DNA of 64,000 nucleotides from sequence record OM456492.1; one strand, 5' to 3'. The notes beneath the pieces were generated by a model. That model saw only the letters and a list, made by a program, of their open reading frames with translations, did no database searches and was not told the DNA's origin. The position numbers and the translations under genes were made by a program. How positions within the stretch are numbered: position 1 is the stretch's first letter; the number at the start of each line of letters is the position of its first letter. This document shows, in pieces, positions 1 through 7,846 of the stretch.

Positions 1-419
1 ATGCAAACAATCTTCCCATATCCATCGAGTTCTATACGTGGAGAAATCGTGATGGTGCCTGCACGCATCACTTCAATCGCTAACGCTTTGAGTGGGCCGT
101 GTGGTGTGAATTCACCGCGGAGTTGAAAGTAACCATCGACAACGCCATAGCAGACGTTCGATACATAACCGCAAACGCGTACGAGTTCAATACAACGTAT
201 CCGATCAATGGCGGCCTTTACTTCCCCGAACGATTGACACGGTTTAATCACAGGCGCGTCGAATTCACAGAAAACGTGTCCGCGACGTAATGCTAACGAT
301 ATCGTTTCGTCGGGACGGGCCGAGTCTTTAAATTCGTCGCACGGTATAGACAGTATCAGTCCACTCGCGGATGCCACGGTTTGTGCGGGTATTTCCTTAA
401 CCTCGGTTTGTAGTTTCAT
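1..419 (-). CDS. Prohead protease (T4 gp21/phiKZ gp175, peptidase S80)-like paralog, probably degenerate; runs off the window
   Basis: Not in the ORF track; manually translated from ATG at 419, open to the window edge. Contains GHVFCEFDAP, IDRIRCIELVRVC, LRGEFTPHGPL and TISPRI, resembling the GExGHP / RxxxI..VC / GxxxPxGP / FSxR blocks of S80 proteases. Confidence 0.55.
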   Translation of the reverse strand, partial: MKLQTEVKEIPAQTVASASGLILSIPCDEFKDSARPDETISLALRRGHVFCEFDAPVIKPCQSFGEVKAAIDRIRCIELVRVCGYVSNVCYGVVDGYFQLRGEFTPHGPLKALAIEVMRAGTITISPRIELDGYGKIVC

Positions 420-423
420 TTAT

Positions 424-510
424 TCACTCGATAATTAATGGGGTTAAAATCAAATCCATGTAACCTAGGGTCAATAGCGCCACTATCTCAATCGGCGTTA
501 AATTCTCCAT
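424..510 (-). CDS. Small hydrophobic peptide (28 aa, MENLTPIEIVALLTLGYMDLILTPLIIE)
   Basis: Manually translated; GAGG SD; TAATG overlap with the upstream stop; fills the gap in a tightly packed operon. Confidence 0.5.
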   Translation of the reverse strand: MENLTPIEIVALLTLGYMDLILTPLIIE

Positions 511-719
511 TAATTTTCCTCTTTGAGTATCATGGCAACCGCTTTACGACACGCATCCACCGCATCAGGATAAGTGTCACTGTTCGGGTCCACACGGTCA
601 ATGCACATCCTGAACGTGCTGGTTGCGGTCTCTCGACGTTCCGCAGTACGAGTGCTGGTACTGATTGCGATATAAATACAAAACAGCACCGCCGCGGCGA
701 TAGGCCAACGTAAGTTCAT
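510..719 (-). CDS. Small membrane-anchored protein with a Cys pair
   Basis: N-terminal hydrophobic helix (WPIAAAVLFCIYIAIS); TGATG coupling to the upstream gene. Confidence 0.75.
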   Translation of the reverse strand: MNLRWPIAAAVLFCIYIAISTSTRTAERRETATSTFRMCIDRVDPNSDTYPDAVDACRKAVAMILKEEN

Positions 720-1417
720 CAGTAATCCCCCGTTGCCCCTATTGCAGTCGCTACTTTACTGACAACCTCGTCAACCGGAAGCACCACCTCGTCTTTCTTG
801 CTCACAATCTCTGGTACTTCTTTGACATGTTCAACGGTCACGTCAAACTTCCGAGTATAACCGACAAGTAACTTTGCCATATCTGCACGACTAACGAACT
901 GTTGTTCTTCCGACAGATGTAACGACGTATCAAGTAGTCCAGAATGCATGAAGTTTTCAATGAGCTGGTCTTCTTCCGCTTTGAAGTCGTACCGCTCGTT
1001 CGGTGCAGCCACAAATGCATAACCGAAATACTTCCCCTCTTCCTGTTCAGGGCGTAACGATTTAACTAACTCCTCAGCGTGTTCGCAGAAGTCCGCCAAA
1101 GTATAATCGTCAAGTGTGGCAACTGCGGTTTCTGTTACAATTTCACCGGTGTCGAGTTCAGTGAGGTGCATCACCCAAAGATGCCATGGTCGCGGTTGGT
1201 CGAACAGCCCACCGACTAACATATCTGTGGCGATGGCACGAATACGAGGACTTGCCGTAAAGTGAAAACCACGGCCCGCGTACGGCCCGAGGCGACGAAT
1301 CGAACTGCCGATAAACGTGATACGATTCAGAGCGTTTTCAGCGACGGTGTGTGCCGTACGTTCTGTGGCAACTTTCGGGTTATACTTTTTGTTACGGGGT
1401 TTCTTTTGCTTAGCCAT
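719..1417 (-). CDS. Hypothetical phage protein with basic N-terminus (KKPRNKKYNPK)
   Basis: 232-aa ORF, TAATG-coupled in the operon. Confidence 0.85.
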   Translation of the reverse strand: MAKQKKPRNKKYNPKVATERTAHTVAENALNRITFIGSSIRRLGPYAGRGFHFTASPRIRAIATDMLVGGLFDQPRPWHLWVMHLTELDTGEIVTETAVATLDDYTLADFCEHAEELVKSLRPEQEEGKYFGYAFVAAPNERYDFKAEEDQLIENFMHSGLLDTSLHLSEEQQFVSRADMAKLLVGYTRKFDVTVEHVKEVPEIVSKKDEVVLPVDEVVSKVATAIGATGDY

Positions 1418-1887
1418 TAGTTAAAAACCTTTTTGCAAACTGTGTGGAATACTTTACGAACTTCACGAAGGGATTGTTCGGTGTGCAGATAACGATACGT
1501 TATCTTCCACGCGTTATACGTGTTTTTCAGGGTGATTTCGCTGAGGTCATAAACGAAATCATCATCAGGGTACATGAGTCTCGCCATGGATAAATCCCAC
1601 AATGGTGGAATATCCGCTTTCATTAACTCAGCAACTAGCTCATGCGCTTTGTGCTCAAAGCCAACACCAAGAACAAACACTACATGGAACTCCCCTGGCG
1701 AGTTCTTTTTAGAATATGGTCCGTGTCCATGACATGACCACATTGTCGTCGCGCCGGGGTAACGGCAAATAACTTCACACGCATCCCGTACCCCACGCTC
1801 AACCCAACCGTTTACGAGCGCTTCGGATGCCCGTAGTTTAAACCGATCCAAAACTTTCAGATCCACGCCACCGTATAAAACTGGCAT
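1417..1887 (-). CDS. TYW3-like fold protein (intact SCxG motif)
   Basis: KLRASEALVNGWVERGVRDACEVICRYPGATTMWSCHGH matches the TYW3 N-terminal pattern KxxAxxxLxxGxVDxxIxxLxxxINxxxxxxTxSSCSGR by eye; SD GGAG. Confidence 0.55.
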   Translation of the reverse strand: MPVLYGGVDLKVLDRFKLRASEALVNGWVERGVRDACEVICRYPGATTMWSCHGHGPYSKKNSPGEFHVVFVLGVGFEHKAHELVAELMKADIPPLWDLSMARLMYPDDDFVYDLSEITLKNTYNAWKITYRYLHTEQSLREVRKVFHTVCKKVFN

Positions 1888-1915
1888 CTTTAATTCTCCT
1901 TAAGGGTGTCTTCAT

Positions 1916-2368
1916 TTAATGGTTGTGTTCTGTAAAAATTGCAAGTGCGAGCCAGTGCTCCATCACGCTTTCCATCACATCTGGGTCAGGCCGATAGTTG
2001 AGTCTAAACGTCCAGCTTGGATAACAGAGATTCGCGTTGCCTTCTTGACGCAGCCAAGTAAAGTTTAACTGAAAACGTTTCCCGTATTCGTGCGGCTGCC
2101 ATCCTTCTAATAAATGATTAATGTCTTTAAGACCTGCCTCGGTGGCCACAAATGTTAAGCTGTGGTGTCTACGTGTACGTAGCTTGTCTCCGTCTTTGCG
2201 AACTTCTCCCGTGAATGCCCAAACGGTTGCGATATTCGGCCATTCGCTAAATGCCCTAATAATTGCACGCGTTTTAACATCGACTGGTTTTTCAGCATCC
2301 AGCGCCCGGATTGTGCGCTGCTTGTACGCGGCCAATTCCGCATCATTGACGACTGAACATTGAAACAT
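1916..2368 (-). CDS. Paralog of the 1417-1887 protein, motif degenerate
   Basis: KQRTIRALDAEKPVDVKTRAIIRAFSEWPNIATVWAFTGE aligns with the neighbour; shared C-terminal YxxW-x-(I/F)-x-x-x-Y block. Confidence 0.65.
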   Translation of the reverse strand: MFQCSVVNDAELAAYKQRTIRALDAEKPVDVKTRAIIRAFSEWPNIATVWAFTGEVRKDGDKLRTRRHHSLTFVATEAGLKDINHLLEGWQPHEYGKRFQLNFTWLRQEGNANLCYPSWTFRLNYRPDPDVMESVMEHWLALAIFTEHNH

Positions 2369-2401
2369 GGTATACCCCCAAAGGGTTAAAAATAAAAAGA
2401 A

Positions 2402-2427
2402 CCCTACCTAACCGAAGTTAGGTAGGG
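2402..2427 (-). terminator. Intrinsic terminator, cUUCGg loop
   Basis: 11-bp stem CCCTACCTAAC-TTCG-GTTAGGTAGGG followed by a T tract on the minus strand. Confidence 0.9.
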
Positions 2428-2433
2428 GACTAT

Positions 2434-2739
2434 TTAAGCGACAACGCGTTTGCGTTTATCGACGACTTTCTTGGTTGCTTTCGCTGCCTTCTTACTGGCA
2501 GGGATAGTATCAACCGGGGTGTCGGCTACCAAGGCACGCTCTACACCGTCTGCACGTACGACGCGCAGATTCTTCGCCTGTGGTAAGCCTTTGAAAGTGA
2601 TGGTCAAACCCGCGCGGAGACCTTGATACAGAAACCCTTGCAGGTTCAGTTTCTTGGCGGTTGCAGTGTTCTCACAACCTTTCTCCACGTACAGCAGAGT
2701 CGTACCTGCGCGTTTAACAATTGTGTATTGTTTAGCCAT
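2434..2739 (-). CDS. Small basic protein with Lys/Ala-rich C-terminal tail
   Basis: 101-aa ORF, SD AAGGA; ends ASKKAAKATKKVVDKRKRVVA. Confidence 0.85.
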   Translation of the reverse strand: MAKQYTIVKRAGTTLLYVEKGCENTATAKKLNLQGFLYQGLRAGLTITFKGLPQAKNLRVVRADGVERALVADTPVDTIPASKKAAKATKKVVDKRKRVVA

Positions 2740-2770
2740 CTACTTTTTCCTTTCTTTACAGTTAGGTTCA

Positions 2771-2793
2771 GTAAAATAACATCTATCTGAAAA
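2771..2793 (-). promoter_or_regulatory. Class B phage promoter-like motif
   Basis: Minus strand TTTTCAGATAGATGTTATTTTAC; related copies at 11044, 30895 and 31152, all intergenic and upstream of minus-strand genes. Confidence 0.65.
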
Positions 2794-2801
2794 GTCGTGC
2801 G

Positions 2802-3116
2802 TTAGACCATCATCTCTAAGCGCACATACTCTTTACGGCTAGGATGTACCTGCGCCATAATCCGATGATGTACACGGTCGATGAGCAACGTTTCGTTTAC
2901 ACGCGGAATAAACCGGAATACGTTTAACGGTAACGTGAACTCAACACCCGTCACAATATTAGACAATGTTATCAGTTCATCGCCGATGCTTTTAACTTCC
3001 GCAACCACAGAACGATCGTGTACCTCACCACCTAACGGGGGTGTGAACGCCCGAATAAAACGGACGTGCAGTTCCTGGTGCGTCAGTGTGGTCTCAATGG
3101 GGTTTAGGCTCGACAT
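2802..3116 (-). CDS. Hypothetical protein
   Basis: C-terminal part of ORF 2802..3278; start moved to MSSLNP (3116) to minimise overlap with 3094..3411. Confidence 0.7.
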   Translation of the reverse strand: MSSLNPIETTLTHQELHVRFIRAFTPPLGGEVHDRSVVAEVKSIGDELITLSNIVTGVEFTLPLNVFRFIPRVNETLLIDRVHHRIMAQVHPSRKEYVRLEMMV

Positions 3117-3411
3117 GAAGCTGTCCTGGGGCATACGCGGTACCTTTTTCATTGGTTGTGTTAGCAACGCACCACATCCACTGCTTAGTTTCTTTGTCTT
3201 GCCAAGAAAACAAGATAGAACCCTCGCGGATTTCAGACGCATCAACTTCGGGATGGAATAACATGAATTCGTTTTCATCGTCGTCCATCACGACATACTG
3301 TCCTTCTTCCATACGGTCGAAGTTAGCGACACCAACGGTAAGCGGTTCCGCGTCGACAGAAAGAGTCACTTCACGTTTTGGCAGGTCACGATGAATAGCA
3401 CTTAACCACAT
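3094..3411 (-). CDS. Hypothetical protein
   Basis: 105-aa ORF with GAGG SD. Confidence 0.75.
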   Translation of the reverse strand: MWLSAIHRDLPKREVTLSVDAEPLTVGVANFDRMEEGQYVVMDDDENEFMLFHPEVDASEIREGSILFSWQDKETKQWMWCVANTTNEKGTAYAPGQLHVEPKPH

Positions 3412-3476
3412 TCTCTTAATTCCTCTTTACGTGGGTTGTTTCACATAAGTTAGTGGACTGATGTAAATAAAAAGGG

Positions 3477-3502
3477 ACCCCCTTACCCGTGGGCAAGGAG
3501 GC
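3477..3502 (-). terminator. Probable intrinsic terminator
   Basis: G:U-containing stem GCCTCCTTGCCC-AC-GGGTAAGGGGGT then TTTTT on the minus strand. Confidence 0.65.
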
Positions 3503-3507
3503 AAACC

Positions 3508-3990
3508 TTACAGTTGGTTTTCTTCGCGGTCGTCTGTCAGGACGGCTGCGCAGATAAAGCGCGCGAGTTTCAATTTCGCAGCCGCTGTCTCCTCTGCAGA
3601 CGGATTCGGGTCAACCGGCGCAGCCAAATCAACATCTGCCAGCTCTTCCGCGTATTTCTCAGCAGCTTCATCGAAGCCTGCACGGATACCTGCCAAAAGG
3701 TCTTGTACTTCATCGCTTGGCACAGGACCATCGATAAGAATCTTCTGAGCGTCAGACGGTTCCACATCAGCAAAGTTCATTTCGTTTAACATGCCAATGC
3801 GTTCTGCGTTAGAGGTGATGAGTTGTGCCAACAGTTTTTCAAAACGGTTGATATGCTCATCGTCCAACGGTTGACCGGTCAGTAGCTCGTAGTAGCGGGC
3901 CATAAGTGTGTTCGCGTCGGCCCCTTCCTCATGACGCACGCCTAAATCAAAATCGTGCTGAGGGAGCTGACCTAATTCGATCATATCCAT
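3508..3990 (-). CDS. Acidic hypothetical protein
   Basis: ORF 3508..4002; SD GAGG favours the MDMIELG start at 3990; TATGACCC motif just upstream. Confidence 0.85.
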   Translation of the reverse strand: MDMIELGQLPQHDFDLGVRHEEGADANTLMARYYELLTGQPLDDEHINRFEKLLAQLITSNAERIGMLNEMNFADVEPSDAQKILIDGPVPSDEVQDLLAGIRAGFDEAAEKYAEELADVDLAAPVDPNPSAEETAAAKLKLARFICAAVLTDDREENQL

Positions 3991-4012
3991 AGTTAACCTC
4001 AACGGTATTTAA

Positions 4013-4020
4013 GGGTCATA
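4013..4020 (-). promoter_or_regulatory. TATG late-type (nvRNAP) promoter core, TATGACCC
   Basis: Identical 8-mer at 15882-15889 and 38990-38997, TATGACC at 14552-14558 and TATGAC at 43712-43717, each just upstream of a minus-strand start; phiKZ late promoters have a TATG core. Confidence 0.55.
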
Positions 4021-4030
4021 CAATGGCGAA

Positions 4031-4309
4031 TTACGCCGTTACCGGAACAGGGGTGATTAACAGCTCCCCTTCCACCTCACGTAGCTGATAACCGTACATG
4101 ACGTTGTAGGATTTAATACCGTCGCGCTGTTTGGCTTTCGCGACGAGTTTTTCTAACACGCGACTATGTGCACGAGTCATTTCTTCTTTCGAATAAACGA
4201 CTTGGAGTACGTGCTGTTCGTCAATGACGGCACGAAACTGCATCACATCACCGTCTTCAACGTTGTAAACGACTTCTTTAGACTTCGACACTGTACGATT
4301 AATTTGCAT
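4031..4309 (-). CDS. Hypothetical protein
   Basis: ORF 4031..4321; SD GGAG favours the MQINRT start. Confidence 0.8.
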   Translation of the reverse strand: MQINRTVSKSKEVVYNVEDGDVMQFRAVIDEQHVLQVVYSKEEMTRAHSRVLEKLVAKAKQRDGIKSYNVMYGYQLREVEGELLITPVPVTA

Positions 4310-5111
4310 TATCTTCTCCATTACTAGTTTTCAGAGTACGTCCGTACACATAACTTTCGGGCAGCCAACCGTTTTCTAATAACCACATTGCGGCAGGCCC
4401 CCCAGTATATTGGTGGTAGGTGTAAATCAGTTCATCCCCCACCGGTAATTCAGACTGGATACAGTGCATCAACAGCCCGAACTCCTCTCGGCTTAGAGTA
4501 ACCACCCCTTCTGCGGTAAACCATCCACCGATAACCCAGCGATGCCCACGGTGCGAAAGCACTGTCAACTTGTAGCTATCAGCGTTTCGCCACGACATCA
4601 GCCTCCCGCCCGTAACGAGCGTTGAGTAGATAGAGCTTGTACCGTAAAGCATCCTAACCCAATCCAAGAACGCTTTCTTACTATCGAACAACGAACTAAC
4701 GTCCCCACAGAAATCCTCATCGTGGCTAGGCACCGATGAATTAATTTTGCGATAGTTTACCGTTTCGCAACAAAAGCCCATGCGTCCATATTCGTCCCCT
4801 TCAGAACGAGTAAAATGCATCGCGTAGTTACACCCCGCTGAGCGGAGTAAAGCATCCGCAAGCGAGGTTAACTGGGCGTCTAAAGCACGAACCATGTTGA
4901 TAACTTCTAACATGTATCCGTGGTCCAGACAGAGCACGATCGCGTCTGGCGCAACTGTGTCCCGACTGAATACTTCAAAGATTCGGTAGTAAAGACGACG
5001 TTCATCTTGTAACGTGGAAGGATCGATATCATTTAACAACGATAACGCTTTACGGTCTTCCAACCACGTTCGGTCCAGAATCCTCTCCGTGCGTTCGATA
5101 ACTCTCAGCAT
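4299..5111 (-). CDS. Hypothetical protein
   Basis: 270-aa ORF, SD GGAG. Confidence 0.85.
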   Translation of the reverse strand: MLRVIERTERILDRTWLEDRKALSLLNDIDPSTLQDERRLYYRIFEVFSRDTVAPDAIVLCLDHGYMLEVINMVRALDAQLTSLADALLRSAGCNYAMHFTRSEGDEYGRMGFCCETVNYRKINSSVPSHDEDFCGDVSSLFDSKKAFLDWVRMLYGTSSIYSTLVTGGRLMSWRNADSYKLTVLSHRGHRWVIGGWFTAEGVVTLSREEFGLLMHCIQSELPVGDELIYTYHQYTGGPAAMWLLENGWLPESYVYGRTLKTSNGEDNAN

Positions 5112-5120
5112 ATTCTCTCC

Positions 5121-5924
5121 TTACGCAAGGGTGTAATGATGCGTGATTACACGATACTCTAACCCTTCGATAGAAGGAAGCTCGTGCTCTATCGCAACAC
5201 CCATGTTGACCTTCTTACCTTTCTGTCCCGCCAAATGCAAAATGGCATGGTAGTGTTTTAGAAACTCTACCGAGTAGGCAATCGGGTCAAAAGTTTGGCA
5301 GCAGAATTGCTCAGTAATGATGCTCTTCGGGAACTCCTTATAGAGCATTAATGAAAACGGTTTCTGGCCGTGCAGCCCCACAAACGCAGAGACAAAACCA
5401 TTTGCTAACTCGCCCAACATCTCTCGCGTTCCTGCGTCTTTTAGCGTAGGTCGCATCAGATAGCAAATATCTTGGGTTTGTTCTAATGACAATGTCTCCA
5501 ACGGGACAACTGATGGGTCTGACGTAAAACCGTATTTCGGACTAACAGTAATCTCCACACGTTTCGTTACAGCTTCGAACCCCAGACGCTGGTATAGTGC
5601 TGCGTGTTCGGTGTCGTGCGGGAAACAGGTAATATCGAGCATCTGCACTTCCAGGAGTCGCGTTAAACGCTTCCACTCGTGGAACAGGGGCTCGGAGAGC
5701 ACGTGCAGCTCGTAGATGTAGTAAACAGTACCTGAACGACATCCACGAAAATACATTTGCGCGCGACCGCTATTGCTCAACACTAACCAATGATCGTCTT
5801 CTTGGTCTGCGACGGGTCGCAAATCTTGAATCCGTTCGCGGAGTTGCCCCAAGGTGGTCAATCGACCACTAAACTCTACGGTCAGGTCGTTTTTGTCCAT
5901 ACCGTATAGATTAAATAGTTGCAT
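5121..5924 (-). CDS. Divergent GNAT-fold protein
   Basis: YIYELHV (beta-4-like) and DTEHAALYQRLGF (GNAT motif B-like); the acetyl-CoA R/QxxGxG loop is not evident. Confidence 0.55.
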   Translation of the reverse strand: MQLFNLYGMDKNDLTVEFSGRLTTLGQLRERIQDLRPVADQEDDHWLVLSNSGRAQMYFRGCRSGTVYYIYELHVLSEPLFHEWKRLTRLLEVQMLDITCFPHDTEHAALYQRLGFEAVTKRVEITVSPKYGFTSDPSVVPLETLSLEQTQDICYLMRPTLKDAGTREMLGELANGFVSAFVGLHGQKPFSLMLYKEFPKSIITEQFCCQTFDPIAYSVEFLKHYHAILHLAGQKGKKVNMGVAIEHELPSIEGLEYRVITHHYTLA

Positions 5925-5933
5925 GTTGGTACC

Positions 5934-6752
5934 TTATAAGGTGCCGATTAGCTCTGTCACCGCTTTACGCTTATTCGCATCCGCAGACATATATCGACCT
6001 ACCTGAACTTCGCGCCAAGTAAAGCCGTAATAAATATCGCGTGTGAGTAACGTATCTGCGTTTGACAGAACGACCTTATTGCCATCGGCAGCTTGTTGTT
6101 TTAAAAGTTTCGCTAACTCGCGGTGGTCAGCTTGTGAAAATTCTTTGCTGTGATACTGCGCGTGTTTAGCCGTATCCGAAAGTGGGATGTAAGGCGGGTC
6201 AGCGTATATCACAGCGTTAGATGGGCACTTATTTAGGATGTCGCGGAAGTCCGCGCAGAGCAATTCGACGTTGGTTTCCGAACAACGTTTTGCCCACGCC
6301 AGAATTTCCTCTTCAGGGAAATAGACACCGTTCGGGTGTTGACCATAGGGCACGTTAAACCCACCCGACTGATTGTATCTGCACAAACCATTGTAACCAT
6401 GACGTGTAAGATACAGGAACATCGCGGCGCGCTGGAGATTAGGTTTCCCCGTGGTTGCTTCGCTGTTAAATCCCTCGCGTCGTTCCATGTAGAGACCGCG
6501 GTCCGTCCCATTTGCAAAGAGCGCCTTTGCTTCCAGAATCAGCGCTTCCGGACGATCGCGCGCCATGGTCAGTAACTCGATTAAGTCCGGGTTCGTGTCG
6601 CCGAGAATATAGTTCGGGTATTTAGTGTTTAAAAACACTGACCCTGCACCCACAAACGGTTCAACGAAATACTCAGCATCTGGAAGCACCTGTAGCAGCT
6701 CGGGAAGTACGCGACTCTTACCACCCATCCATTTTAAAATTGGTCTTATCAC
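5934..6752 (-). CDS. dam: DNA adenine methyltransferase (Dam/D12 family)
   Basis: PILKWMGGKS, FVEPFVGAGSVF (SAM binding), YNGLCRYNQSGGFNVPYG and catalytic IYADPPY; GTG start. Confidence 0.95.
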   Translation of the reverse strand: MIRPILKWMGGKSRVLPELLQVLPDAEYFVEPFVGAGSVFLNTKYPNYILGDTNPDLIELLTMARDRPEALILEAKALFANGTDRGLYMERREGFNSEATTGKPNLQRAAMFLYLTRHGYNGLCRYNQSGGFNVPYGQHPNGVYFPEEEILAWAKRCSETNVELLCADFRDILNKCPSNAVIYADPPYIPLSDTAKHAQYHSKEFSQADHRELAKLLKQQAADGNKVVLSNADTLLTRDIYYGFTWREVQVGRYMSADANKRKAVTELIGTL

Positions 6753-6758
6753 CCGTTA

Positions 6759-7757
6759 TCATCCTCTCATGCCAGATTGAAACATATCACTAATAGTCAG
6801 CCTGGTTGTAGTCTCCACCGGAATGCTAGGTTCTTCTTTCAGCACACGATCGGTGCGGTTCCCATTCACCCGTTTCCAGCTAATAAGTTCAGGATCGCGT
6901 TTCAGCGTTAGTGTACGTAGTACCTGCTTGCAACGTAAGATGTTGCCATACAGGTGATTTGCTGGATCATTATCAGCAGCTGTTTCAATATAGACTTGGT
7001 CGGAATGACGTTGTGCGAAATCGAATAGCGCGCCCATTAGCCGGCGGCCAATGCCACGTTTACGGTGTGTAGGTGCAACGGTTAAACCAGAAAGTTCAAC
7101 GACGCCTGGTGTAACCAAGCGCATCTGGGCAACACCGACGATATCATGACCGTCTCGCCAAATTGCAGTCTCCACATTAGCGTGCTGAATTCTTGCTATT
7201 ACTGTTTCTGCTAACGGACCAATGTGCGTATAGTAGCCACGCATATCGTATTCTAGCTCTTCGCAAATTGCACCGCTAATCAAATTCAGGATAACGTCTT
7301 TATCTTCCTTGGTAAGTTCTGCGTATGCATCACCAGAAATAATCTTGATTTCCGGTGCGGTGATTACTTTGTCAAACAGTTTGGAATGACATGCCCAAAC
7401 GATATCTGAAAGAACAAACCCTTTTTCGACCAGTTTTTGTTCAACATCGTCAGTAGGTGCTGGACACGACATATATTCGAATCCGGTATGGTCGAGCACA
7501 AGGGCCAAACCAACTTTATCGAACGCCCCAGGTACAAACTCCTCAAAATAGTGACAGGTTAGTGTAGGGTCACCGTGTCGATAGGTGGCCACTAAATAAC
7601 CCTCCCAGGTTTCTTTATTCTTCACCACGTAAACAGAATAAGTCTCGTCCTTTAGAAACTCTTTTAGGCGGCGTGCTCGTACAGTATCGGTACCGACGTT
7701 ATTTCGGAACTCGGCAGTGCGGATGCTGGTGCGAAACAATTTAGCCACAGTTTTCAT
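6759..7757 (-). CDS. Two-domain GNAT acetyltransferase
   Basis: C-terminal domain LTVAPTHRKRGIGRRLM (motif A) and NDPANHLY; N-terminal half has a degenerate GNAT-like LVEKGF; start moved to MKTVAK (SD GAGG; a terminator lies in the extra 5' part). Confidence 0.85.
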   Translation of the reverse strand: MKTVAKLFRTSIRTAEFRNNVGTDTVRARRLKEFLKDETYSVYVVKNKETWEGYLVATYRHGDPTLTCHYFEEFVPGAFDKVGLALVLDHTGFEYMSCPAPTDDVEQKLVEKGFVLSDIVWACHSKLFDKVITAPEIKIISGDAYAELTKEDKDVILNLISGAICEELEYDMRGYYTHIGPLAETVIARIQHANVETAIWRDGHDIVGVAQMRLVTPGVVELSGLTVAPTHRKRGIGRRLMGALFDFAQRHSDQVYIETAADNDPANHLYGNILRCKQVLRTLTLKRDPELISWKRVNGNRTDRVLKEEPSIPVETTTRLTISDMFQSGMRG

Positions 7758-7818
7758 TGTAATGCCCTCAAAAGGTATTGCTGTCACAACATGAGGATAA
7801 TGCGTAAAAAGACAAAAA

Positions 7819-7844
7819 ATTAAGGGGTCCGAAGACCCCTTAAT
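7819..7844 (-). terminator. Intrinsic terminator, cUUCGg loop
   Basis: 11-bp stem ATTAAGGGGTC/GACCCCTTAAT plus T tract on the minus strand. Confidence 0.9.
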
Positions 7845-7846
7845 GA

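Noticed and set aside
99-713. Plus-strand ORFs 99..290 and 438..713
   Set aside because: They overlap a tightly coupled minus-strand operon with better SDs and recognisable motifs.
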